In this document: positions 1 to 8,434 of the stretch, piece by piece | How the letters are laid out: the number at the start of each line of letters is the position of its first letter | Position numbering within the stretch: position 1 is the first letter of the stretch | Source: Candidatus Ratteibacteria bacterium | GTDB lineage: Bacteria > Ratteibacteria > UBA8468 > B48-G9 > DTJG01 | Reading direction: 5' to 3' | NCBI GenBank assembly: GCA_049971295.1 | Contig: JBMFLH010000039.1 | Coordinates: forward strand, 1-16,576 | DNA: 16,576 bases | Translations under genes and position numbers: made by a program | The notes under the pieces: model-generated | Database searches by the model: none | What the model was told of the DNA's origin: nothing | Seen by the model: the letters and a program-made list of their open reading frames with translations, nothing else

Positions 1-1191
1 GCAAAAATCACAGGAATTGAAAAAAATCATTCTGACATATGCGCATCATTTTTCTGGCAGAATATCAATTATCTTTACAGGGACCAATGGGAACTGGTCA
101 CATTTAAGTTTACTGATACGTCCAGAGGGAAAAACGACATTGTATCCTGGCACTGGGATTTTGGAGATGGACAAACCAGTGATGAACAACATCCTGTACA
201 CACATATCTTTTGCAAAAAATGTACACTGTCAGTCTTACAATCACTGACAGAAACGGTAATTCAGACACTGTGTCAATGAATATAAAGGCAGAACAGGAT
301 TACAGTATTTCAGCCCTGTATCCACGGTCTTTAAATGAATATGTGAATGAGTTTAACTCATTTACCCTTTCAAAACTTCCTGATGAAGAACTCTTTGCAC
401 TTGCCGGAATCTGCAATAGTTATGATAACAAAGAGATTGAATTTCAATGTTACGATGAACTGCTTAATAGAAATCTTGAAACCAACCAGCATATCAAGGT
501 TGCTTTTACTGCAGCCGAAATTGCCGCACAATTAAAAAAATATTCTGACGCAGAAAGAATTTATAAACATTTGATTGAAACAAAAAACATTCCTGAAGCA
601 AGAGTTAAACTTGGATTTGTGTATCTTGCAGCAAACGACATTGACAGCGCTGAACAACAGTTCAAAATTGTTATCCCGGATAATGCCGTGGATACAAAAG
701 TGAAAAGATCTGCCATAATCGGTCTTGGTGATGTTGCAAGATATAGAGCAGATACAAAAACTGCACTAAAATTATATGAAAGTGCTCTTTCAGATACATC
801 TATTGAAAAAAAATCAGGTATTTATTCACAGCAGGTGCTTTTTTACCTGAAGAGGAAGGATTTTTCCACTGCCTTAGAAAAACTTTCAGTATGGGCAGAT
901 GAAATTCCCACCTGCAAACTTAAAGGCGATTGGTCCATCCTGACTGCAAGAGCATATTTATTGAAAAAGGATTACGAAAACGCATTCAGGGAACTTGAAA
1001 CATACCAAAAAATATGTGACAAACCTGACAATCCTTATTCAGGATGGGCAACCTACTTGAAGGGTGAAATATATTTTGAAAAAGGGGAAAAGGAAAAGGC
1101 AAGACAAAATTTCCATAGTATCATTGAGAACTTTCCACAATCTCAAATATCAGAAATGGCAAAAGAAAAATTAAAGGAAATGGAAAAATGA
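1..1191 (+). CDS. PKD-domain + TPR-repeat protein (5'-truncated at window edge)
   Basis: Frame 1 is open from base 1, so the TTG at 211 is internal. The upstream part reads [44 protein letters not shown], a PKD signature (WDFGDG). The rest has TPR-like helices ([53 protein letters not shown]). The TGA stop overlaps the next ATG (ATGA 1188-1191). Confidence 0.85.
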   Translation, partial: AKITGIEKNHSDICASFFWQNINYLYRDQWELVTFKFTDTSRGKNDIVSWHWDFGDGQTSDEQHPVHTYLLQKMYTVSLTITDRNGNSDTVSMNIKAEQDYSISALYPRSLNEYVNEFNSFTLSKLPDEELFALAGICNSYDNKEIEFQCYDELLNRNLETNQHIKVAFTAAEIAAQLKKYSDAERIYKHLIETKNIPEARVKLGFVYLAANDIDSAEQQFKIVIPDNAVDTKVKRSAIIGLGDVARYRADTKTALKLYESALSDTSIEKKSGIYSQQVLFYLKRKDFSTALEKLSVWADEIPTCKLKGDWSILTARAYLLKKDYENAFRELETYQKICDKPDNPYSGWATYLKGEIYFEKGEKEKARQNFHSIIENFPQSQISEMAKEKLKEMEK

Positions 1192-2940
1192 AAGAAAAAC
1201 TGAAGATTGAAAAACATAATGTTGACATATGTGTTGTTGGTGGCGGTATGGCTGGGATATGCGCTGCAATATCTGCTGCAAGAAATGGCAGTCGCGTGGT
1301 TCTGATGCACGATAGACCTGTACTGGGTGGAAATTCATCAAGTGAATGCCGCGTCCATATCTGTGGAGCAGATAGAAATACAAGGATAAAAACATGAGGG
1401 AGACAGGCGTTCTTGAAGAACTTTGACTTGAAAATCTCAGTCGTAATCCAGATAGAAGTTATTCAATCTGGGATCTTGTTCTTTTTGAAAAGGTAAAAGC
1501 AGAACAAAATATCACTCTTCTTCTGAACTGCTCGTGCTTTGATGCAGAAAATAGATGGAAATATTATTGTTTCTATTTCTGGATGGTAGACAACAACCCA
1601 GATTGTTCATCAGGTTTATGCAAAAATTTTAATAGATTGTTCTGGTGATGCCATTTTTGCCCCATTGACTGGCGCACTTTACAGAATGGGAAGAGAAGCC
1701 AGAAATGAATTTAATGAATCGCACGCCCCAGAAAACGCCGACAGTAAAACTATGGGAATGAGTTGCATGTTTATGGCAAGAGAATATGAAACCGCTCAAA
1801 AATTTGAGCCGCCTTCTTATGCGTATCGCTTTGAAACATGCGATCAGCTGCCTTATGGAAAACAGGGACATTCCTGGTTTGAAATGGGATACTGGTGGAT
1901 TGAACTTGGTGGAGAATATCATTCAATATACGATACAGAAAAATTGCGGGATGAACTGATGAAAATTGTTCTTGGGGTGTGGGACCACATAAAAACTGGT
2001 GTCCCCTGAAACACAAAGCAAAAAACTGGGCACTTGAATGGTTGCAGTTTTTACCTGCAAAAAGAGAAAGCAGAAGATACATTGGCGAATATATCCTCAC
2101 CCAGAATGACATTGAATCAGAAGGAAAATTTCATGATATTGTTGCGTATGGCAGCTGGCCCATGGATGACCATCATCCCGCAGGATTTTTTTCCATAAAA
2201 ATAAAGGCGCCCTCTACGATTTTTTATCCTTCGCCTTCACCCTACGGCATACCCTATCGCTGCCTTTTCTCAAAGAATATCAGAAATTTGATGTTTGCAG
2301 GAAGAAACGCAAGTTGTACTCATATCGCAATGAGTTCCACCCGAGTAATGGGAACATGTTCCAGTATGGGTCAGGCAGCAGGCACAGCAGCAATCGCCAT
2401 AAAAAAAGCATAATGCCCAAAGATGTATTGAAATATATTCATCTTTTGCAACAAACACTTCTTTATGACGATGCTTATATTCCTTACATTAAACAACAAA
2501 TGCCAAAACTGACACAATTGGCGCGGATGGATGCATCAAGAGGAAATCCTGAACCTTTAAGAGATGGTATCAACAGGCCGGTTGGCGAACAGACACATAA
2601 TTGGCACTGCCAGGAAAGGGACTGGGTATCCTACACTTTTTCGAGAGAAACACTGGTAAAAAAAGTCACATTAATTCTTGACAGTGGTCTGAACAAATTG
2701 ATTGCGATGAGCCATCTGCAAAAGGATAATCAACTGGTTACCCTGCCTGACACAATGCCACGAAAATTCAGAATCGACATTAAACAACATGGAAACTGGA
2801 AGTTATTATACAGAATAAAAAACAATAATCAACGACTTTTCAAATGTGAAATAAAACAGAAAGTCAGCGCCATAAGATTTGTTCTTGAAAAAACCTATGG
2901 AGCAAAAATATCCTGCGTGTACGCATTTTACTGTGAATAA
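1188..2940 (+). pseudogene. FAD-dependent oxidoreductase (PF12831-like) pseudogene, about 584 aa if restored
   Basis: Rossmann motif [20 protein letters not shown], then [47 protein letters not shown] and STRVMGTC, spread over five segments. Indels fall at A-runs 1388-1392, 1548-1551, 1991-1995 and 2401-2407. In-frame stops are TGA 1424-1426 and TAG 1587-1589. Confidence 0.9.
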
Positions 2941-2944
2941 TTTT

Positions 2945-4525
2945 TCACAAGCCAATCGCGGCTCTCAAAACCAATATCACATCGCTGATGTCAATAAAAC
3001 CATCATTGTTCATATCGCAACTCTGGTAGTCATTTGGTTGGAGACCTATTGCCATTTTCAAACACATTATCACGTCAGTAATGTCAATGACTCTGTCTGC
3101 TGATGGGTCTGCCTTTTCTGCGTGTTTCATCACAACACTGATTTGCGTAAGATTATTTTCTGATACTTCAACGTCATCAATTTCCTGTGAATAATGGTAA
3201 GGGGCTGAAAACAGAAAATTGTAAATACCTGGAAGAAGTAACCTGAAAAATCTTCCTGTTTGCGATTCAGAAAAAACAAATGAATTGTCTGTGTCATGTC
3301 CTGGAATCTCAATTTTTGCATCTGATGGCATTCCATTTTCGCTAAAAACAGTTCCACATACACCTGTCAAACTGTGTGAAATAAATTGAACCAGCGCATC
3401 CCTATTATACTCCCAGTAAATAGAAGGTACTGGAGGCAAAAAATCTTCACTCAATTCAATTGTCACTTCTCTGCAATGCTGAAAATAATTCATATAATCC
3501 TGTCTTCCCCCAGTAATTCTATACCAGGCATAGCCATTGGTGATCCCATTTTCAAGGTCATCAAAATATGTACCGGGTGAATTCAGATGAACCGTATCAG
3601 CGTATTTTCTACTGATAGAAACAAACCAGTTATTGTCAGGATGCAATTTTTTCCATGTGTCCCAGGGATAATTAACAACTTCAGCGCCAGAGTGAAAATT
3701 AGCAGATAGCACTGGTTTTACAGTAGATGCAAAGTCCATCATCGCGATTGTTTCTGGTTGATACATATTGCCGTCAGGATGATTTCCTTCTGCAGGGTCT
3801 GGAAAATTGCGGTTTAAGTCAATATTGTTGGCATTGTATCTTCTTGCACCGAATACATTTTCGTCTCCAGCCCAGTATGTACCATCAGGATTTGCCAGCG
3901 GATTAATCCATATTTCGCATCCATCCAGAATTCTTGTAATAACAGGATTATTACCGTATTGAGAAACAAGGTAATCAATGAAATAAAGCAGCATCACATA
4001 ACCGGTTAACTCATTGCCATGAATGGTGGAAGTAAGAAAAATCCTGGGTTTGAAAAACGATTCAGATAAACCTGTAATTTTCACAGCAAGAATTTTTCGT
4101 CCCTGAACACTTGTCCCAATTTCGTGTAAACTGCAAATATGTGGATAATCAGTCTCAAACTGTTGCATCATTTCCATATATTCTTGATATGTGGGGTAAT
4201 ACTGCCCGATTGTCGCTATCAATGAAAATTTCAAAGCAGATTCAACATTTACAGCAAAGCCAGGATGTTGAAGTATTTCAAATGGTATGCTTAAAGATTT
4301 GAACTGGTTAAATTCTTTTTCGTTTGCATAAGCATAAATCCATTGGTCTGTCAGCCGTGAGATGGAAACAATTTTTGAAATCTCATTAACACGATTCTGG
4401 CTGGAATTTTCAAACCTGAAATACACCTCACCCAGCACATCAAAATAATCTTGAACAGAAATCACATCAGAGGAAAAAACAAAAGAACCAAACAGCAAAA
4501 GAAATAATATTATTTTCTTTTCCAT
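2945..4525 (-). CDS. Secreted M14 zinc carboxypeptidase (CPD/N-E-like) with beta-sandwich regulatory domain and C-terminal dockerin
   Basis: Zn/active-site motifs STIHGNE, NPDG, ARRYN, DLNRNFP, SANFHSGA, GGRQD and TIELS. Signal-peptide-like MEKKIILFLLLFGSFVFS puts the start at ATG 4525 (or 4537), not 4579. The C-terminus has duplicated Ca-loop/helix segments: ADPSADRVIDITDVIMCLK and CDMNNDGFIDISDVILVLR. Confidence 0.88.
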   Translation of the reverse strand: MEKKIILFLLLFGSFVFSSDVISVQDYFDVLGEVYFRFENSSQNRVNEISKIVSISRLTDQWIYAYANEKEFNQFKSLSIPFEILQHPGFAVNVESALKFSLIATIGQYYPTYQEYMEMMQQFETDYPHICSLHEIGTSVQGRKILAVKITGLSESFFKPRIFLTSTIHGNELTGYVMLLYFIDYLVSQYGNNPVITRILDGCEIWINPLANPDGTYWAGDENVFGARRYNANNIDLNRNFPDPAEGNHPDGNMYQPETIAMMDFASTVKPVLSANFHSGAEVVNYPWDTWKKLHPDNNWFVSISRKYADTVHLNSPGTYFDDLENGITNGYAWYRITGGRQDYMNYFQHCREVTIELSEDFLPPVPSIYWEYNRDALVQFISHSLTGVCGTVFSENGMPSDAKIEIPGHDTDNSFVFSESQTGRFFRLLLPGIYNFLFSAPYHYSQEIDDVEVSENNLTQISVVMKHAEKADPSADRVIDITDVIMCLKMAIGLQPNDYQSCDMNNDGFIDISDVILVLRAAIGL

Positions 4526-4613
4526 GAAAAATTCCATGATAAAAATATTTGCACTTGAATCTGTCCGACGAGCAATCAATTAGAAAACGATGGCTCTATG
4601 AACAAGAATATGC

Positions 4614-4985
4614 TTACTTCTTATAATCTCCCAGAAACTTCAGGATTTTTTCAATTGTTTCATCGCTGATTACATGTTCCATTCTACATGCGTCGTTTTG
4701 AGCAACCTTTGGAGAAACATTGAGAATATTTGTTAAAAATCCAAACACGATTTTATGCTTTTTTAGAATTTTTCTGGCTTCCTTATCACCCAATTCTGTT
4801 AACTCAACGTGTCCGTATTTTTCTTGTTCAATATACCCCTTCTCTTTCAAAATATTTAACGCATTTACTACAGAAGGTTCTTTGACACGTAAAAATTTGC
4901 TTATTTCCTTAACCCTTACAATCCTGCCTGTATCCATTAGAATTTTGATTGTCTCAAGATAATCTTCTAAACTTCTGGTTAACAA
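4614..4985 (-). CDS. mntR: DtxR/MntR-family metal-dependent transcriptional repressor (no SH3 domain)
   Basis: SLEDYLETI, HTH VKEISKFLRVKEPSVVNAL, wing YGHVELTELG, and metal-site region KKHKIVFGFL...DACRMEHVIS. TTG start with GGAGGAG RBS (4989-4995). Confidence 0.9.
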   Translation of the reverse strand: MLTRSLEDYLETIKILMDTGRIVRVKEISKFLRVKEPSVVNALNILKEKGYIEQEKYGHVELTELGDKEARKILKKHKIVFGFLTNILNVSPKVAQNDACRMEHVISDETIEKILKFLGDYKK

Positions 4986-4998
4986 GATCTCCTCCGCT

Positions 4999-6978
4999 TC
5001 AAAAATTCAAGATTTGATAAAAGAATATTGAAAATAACCAGCCAACAAACAAAGACCAGAAAAGAGAAATTATTGCCCATTTCATTCCTATTTCTTTTTT
5101 TAATACGAGAAATGCCGCAAGACATGGCATATACAATAAACTCATAATCATAAAGGAATAAGCTGAAGCCGTCGTAAAATAAATTTTTAAAGAATCCCCA
5201 AGATTTCCAACGCCAAATAGGATCCCGAATGTTCCAACAACAAGTTCCTTTGCATAAATCCCAAAGATCAGTGCAACACCGACCTGCCAGAAACCAAAAC
5301 CAGAAAACTTAAATAATGGAGAGATAATACTTCCCAGTCGTCCTATAAAATTTGACTGCGATCCATATTTAGAAGGATCCGGGAAATAACTCAAAAACCA
5401 TAGAATTAGAGCTCCCAAAAATATGATAGTTCCTGCTTTTCTTAAAAAATATTTTGTTTTTGTCCAGCTATCAATTAACACACTCTGCCAGTATGGAAAT
5501 CTGAAAGGAGGTAGTTCTATTATCAATGGTGATGATTCCTTTTTGAAAAAAGTTGAACCAAAAAGTTTAATGCTCAAAATCCCGACAATAATTCCAAACA
5601 GGTATAGTGAAAAAATTACAAGCCCTTGATTTTCCTGAAAAAAAACGCCTGTAAATAAAAGATATACAGGAAGCCGCGCCGAACAACTCATAAAAGGTAT
5701 TGAAAGAGAAGTTAGGATTTTATCCCTTTTATTTTCCAGAATTCTCGTTCCCATTATTGCTGGCACATTACACCCGAAACCTAAAATCAAAGGAATAGCA
5801 CTTTTACCATGAAGTCCTATTTTATGCATTAATCTATCTGCAACTATTGCTGCCCTTGACATATATCCGGTATCCTCCAGAATTGAAAAAAAGAAAAAAA
5901 ACAGAAAAATATTTGGCAGAAACAATATCACTGAACCTACCCCTGAAACTATTCCATCTTTTATCAATGAGTTGATCCAGAAAGGAAAAGGAAAATTGGC
6001 AGCAATGTTTCCAAATTTTTCAAATATCAATTCTAAAAACTTTGTTGCGGGTTTGCCAATACTAAAGACAAAAGTAAAAGTTAAAAACATTATGAAAAGA
6101 AAAGCCATAGGTCCCAAAAAATTATTAGTCAAAATTCTGTCAAGTTTTTCTGTAATTTCCAGTTTCAGCTCCTTCTTTTTTTCAATCAGGGCTTCCTGAA
6201 CGACTCCATGGATAATTCCATACCTTTTTTCTATTAGAACTCTTTCAATCGGTTTATTAAAAAATTTTTCCAGTTGGGATATCAAACCGTTTACCCTTTC
6301 ATATTCAACACTATTGACGATTAAATTAATAAAATAATCATCCTTTTCTAAAATTTTCAGTGCCACAAATCGTTCAGGGTAAGGGAGATTGAAGCTTTTC
6401 AAGTGATTGATAATTTCGGAAATAGCGCTTTCAATTTCATCTCCATAGTTAAAAATAAAACCCTCTGAAGAAACAGGTTCCTTGCATTTTCTATAAATTG
6501 CTTCCTTCAAATCTTCAAATCCAATATTCTTATTCCCTATTGTTTTTACAAATTTAACCTTAAGTAATTTCTCAAGATGCTTGATGTCATAGTCAATACC
6601 CTCTTTTTCTGCAAGGTCTACCATATTTAAATCAACAATGATATTCTTATTTAATTCAGAAAGTATAATTAGAAAATACATACTTCTTTCAAGATTTAAA
6701 GCATCTGCCATTAGAAGCAAAACATCCACCTGATTCTGTGTAAGAAAGTCAATTGCTATTTTCTGGTCTTCACTTTCTCCTGTCAATGTATAAGTTCCAG
6801 GAAGGTCTACCACCTTAAATTTTACTCCTTTATAAATGTAGTATCCTTCCTTTTTTTCCACAGTAACACCAGGCCAATTGCCAACCTGCTGTCTTGTTCC
6901 TGTTAATGCATTAAATGTCGTGGTTTTTCCTGTGTTGGGATTTCCAGCAATAGCGATAACTTTTTCTTCCATCTTCAT
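4999..6978 (-). CDS. feoB: Ferrous iron transporter FeoB
   Basis: G1 GNPNTGKTT, G2 VGNWPGVTVEKKEG, G3 DLPG, G4 NMVD. Membrane domain has LEDTGYMSR, GFGCNVP, CSARLPVY, IELPPFR and LYMPC. Confidence 0.97.
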   Translation of the reverse strand: MKMEEKVIAIAGNPNTGKTTTFNALTGTRQQVGNWPGVTVEKKEGYYIYKGVKFKVVDLPGTYTLTGESEDQKIAIDFLTQNQVDVLLLMADALNLERSMYFLIILSELNKNIIVDLNMVDLAEKEGIDYDIKHLEKLLKVKFVKTIGNKNIGFEDLKEAIYRKCKEPVSSEGFIFNYGDEIESAISEIINHLKSFNLPYPERFVALKILEKDDYFINLIVNSVEYERVNGLISQLEKFFNKPIERVLIEKRYGIIHGVVQEALIEKKKELKLEITEKLDRILTNNFLGPMAFLFIMFLTFTFVFSIGKPATKFLELIFEKFGNIAANFPFPFWINSLIKDGIVSGVGSVILFLPNIFLFFFFFSILEDTGYMSRAAIVADRLMHKIGLHGKSAIPLILGFGCNVPAIMGTRILENKRDKILTSLSIPFMSCSARLPVYLLFTGVFFQENQGLVIFSLYLFGIIVGILSIKLFGSTFFKKESSPLIIELPPFRFPYWQSVLIDSWTKTKYFLRKAGTIIFLGALILWFLSYFPDPSKYGSQSNFIGRLGSIISPLFKFSGFGFWQVGVALIFGIYAKELVVGTFGILFGVGNLGDSLKIYFTTASAYSFMIMSLLYMPCLAAFLVLKKEIGMKWAIISLFWSLFVGWLFSIFFYQILNF

Positions 6979-7193
6979 TTAACCTTTTCCACTATTATAT
7001 CCATTGCCATACCATGTCCGATGCCAACCGTTATGTTTCCCTTTTTTATTATGATTGGTCCCGGGCGGGATTTAATCACTTCAATGGTATCTCCTACCAG
7101 TATGCCTATGTTGCAGAGTCTTCTAAGTTTACCTGGTTTGGTAATATCCACGATTTTATACTTCCCCTTTTCAACTTCTGACAATTTTTTCAT
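6975..7193 (-). CDS. feoA: Ferrous iron transport protein FeoA
   Basis: 72 aa, RRLCNIGILVGDTIEVIKSRPGPIII...VGIGHGMAMDIIV. Stop overlaps the feoB start (ATGA). AAGGA RBS upstream. Confidence 0.92.
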   Translation of the reverse strand: MKKLSEVEKGKYKIVDITKPGKLRRLCNIGILVGDTIEVIKSRPGPIIIKKGNITVGIGHGMAMDIIVEKVK

Positions 7194-7194
7194 C

Positions 7195-7227
7195 TTAGTC
7201 CTTGCTAAAAAATTTTGTTTAATCTAA
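7195..7227. promoter_or_regulatory. Tandem DtxR/MntR-type operator boxes (TTAG-N6-CTAA)
   Basis: 7195-7208 is TTAG TCCTTG CTAA (perfect arms, covers the feoA RBS). 7214-7227 is TTTG TTTAAT CTAA (one mismatch). The boxes are offset by 19 bp, and the operon ends in a DtxR/MntR gene. Confidence 0.65.
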
Positions 7228-7285
7228 CTTTTCAAATGTGCAATTTGCTTCCATTATTTTTTGTATTTGATTGATTGTTTATAAT

Positions 7286-7318
7286 ATTATAGCATACAAA
7301 ACATCAATGGTATTGCAA
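7286..7318 (-). promoter_or_regulatory. Candidate sigma70 promoter for feoA-feoB-mntR
   Basis: Minus strand reads TGcTATAAT (extended -10, 7286-7294). Alternative reading is TTGCAA (7313-7318)-N16-TATGCT (7291-7296). Confidence 0.45.
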
Positions 7319-7459
7319 GTATGCTATCGCCGGCAAGAATAAACAGAATAATACTGGGAGGATCTCGTTTGCTAATTTACCGGAATAAGGGTTTGCGAGA
7401 TGTTTCTTCCCTTAGAATTTTAATGTTTTTTGTTTATTTTCTATATAAATTCCATCACT

Positions 7460-7693
7460 TTATTTCTGTGATTGAAAATCACTAATCCTTTTTTCTATTT
7501 CAGCAAGTTGTTTTTTCAAAAATTCTGCCTCTTCTTTTAAATATTTAATTTCTTCCTCAGGTGTTATTTCTGAAACATCAGGTGGAATATATCCAAACCA
7601 CCAACCAGGCCATGCACATCTTGGAAGTCCTCCTCTACCTATTCCAGTATAAGGATAGGGAGGAATATAACCGCGAAATCCTCGTCTCCACAT
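7460..7693 (-). CDS. DUF5320-like small protein (Gly/Arg/Trp-rich N-terminus, C-terminal coiled coil)
   Basis: MWRRGFRGYIPPYPYTGIGRGGLPRCAWPGWW...EEEIKYLKEEAEFLKKQLAEIEKRISDF. ATG at 7693 has an AGGAGGTG RBS (7700-7707) inside the end of padR. Confidence 0.75.
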   Translation of the reverse strand: MWRRGFRGYIPPYPYTGIGRGGLPRCAWPGWWFGYIPPDVSEITPEEEIKYLKEEAEFLKKQLAEIEKRISDFQSQK

Positions 7694-7694
7694 T

Positions 7695-8066
7695 TTACTC
7701 ACCTCCTTTCAGTGTTTTTTCTATTTCATTTATAATGTTTTCAATAATTTTTAAATCCCTTTTTGCAAATTCATACCAGTTTTTCAAATATTCTCTTCCT
7801 GCATCAGTAATACTGTAAATTCTTCTTGCAGGACCAGAACCAGTAGTATCCCAGGATGAAAAAACAAAACCTGAAATCTCCATCATCCTTAAAACCCTAT
7901 AAACAATCGTATGGTGCAAAAATGTAATATCAACACCAAGATTTTTAAGTTTTTCCATTAAGGAATATCCATAAGTCGGTTTTTCCAGCATAACTGTCAG
8001 CATCAACACTCCAAGTAAATCTCCTGAACCGAATAACATCCATTTACAACCATGTCTCCATCTCAT
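7695..8066 (-). CDS. PadR-family winged-helix transcriptional regulator
   Basis: EKPTYGYSLMEKL, IVYRVLRMMEISGFVFSSWDT, GPARRIYSITDAGREYL. The true start is probably ATG 8066 (AGGAG RBS 8072-8076), because the longer ORF would run through the promoter. Confidence 0.92.
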   Translation of the reverse strand: MRWRHGCKWMLFGSGDLLGVLMLTVMLEKPTYGYSLMEKLKNLGVDITFLHHTIVYRVLRMMEISGFVFSSWDTTGSGPARRIYSITDAGREYLKNWYEFAKRDLKIIENIINEIEKTLKGGE

Positions 8067-8097
8067 TTTTTCTCCTATTTTCAAGTTTTCCGTATTT

Positions 8098-8126
8098 ATT
8101 ATACCCACATATGTGCAAAATGTCAA
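8098..8126 (-). promoter_or_regulatory. Consensus sigma70 promoter of the padR operon with palindrome in the spacer
   Basis: Minus strand: TTGACA (8121-8126)-17 bp-TATAAT (8098-8103). The spacer contains the perfect palindrome CACATATGTG (8106-8115). Confidence 0.85.
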
Positions 8127-8434
8127 TAGTTGATACATCTTTCCCATAAACATTATTGATACTGCCATTAGATACTGTCGCACCCTCACAGGAAATGTTT
8201 ACAGATTATTCCATGATTCAGGAGAAAACCCGAAAGGATGTCAACATCAGAAAAAATGAGCGGGCCCCTGAAAAAAATTTGAGTTAAAGTTTCCTTTGAA
8301 ATTCTCCTGTACATTTTTTTTGAAAGTCGAAGTTTTATAAAGGAAAGGGGCACATCACTTTATTTTCTCGATTATGGCAATCTGAGAAGGAAGATATACT
8401 ATGGTGAAAAACGTAAAAACCTCAAGCGAATTTA

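Noticed and set aside
17..280. 87-aa ORF and other short overlapping or antisense ORFs in the track (e.g. 347-535, 1771-2112, 5423-5629, 8724-9029, 9754-9975, 12560-13752)
   Set aside because: They are shadows of well-supported genes and have no recognisable motifs.
1424..1589. In-frame TGA and TAG read as Sec/Pyl or an alternative genetic code
   Set aside because: The contexts suggest Arg and Gln rather than Cys or Lys. The same gene has four frameshifts, and TGA and TAG end intact genes elsewhere in the window.
2399..2413. A_AAA_AAA heptamer as a programmed -1 frameshift site
   Set aside because: The shift direction fits, but five upstream lesions already kill the gene and I see no stimulatory structure.
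7222..7228. ATCTAAC as an integron attC R'' box
   Set aside because: There is no matching GTTRRRY or attC hairpin, and the MntR-type box explains it better.
7288..7298. TATAGCATACA matches the central part of loxP
   Set aside because: The 13-bp ATAACTTCGTATA arms are absent and no recombinase is nearby; a chance match.
8158..8177. GATACTG direct repeat (8158 and 8171) upstream of the padR promoter
   Set aside because: Two 7-mers are too little to separate from chance.
8221..8270. c-di-GMP-I, c-di-AMP or glycine riboswitch suggested by CC-GAAA-GG
   Set aside because: The other conserved elements of these riboswitches are missing, and no sense-strand gene follows on the plus strand.
8196..8288. 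30-codon plus-strand ORF (MFTDYSMIQEK...) in the tRNA-padR spacer
   Set aside because: No properly spaced RBS and no recognisable motif; it does not look like an integrase remnant.
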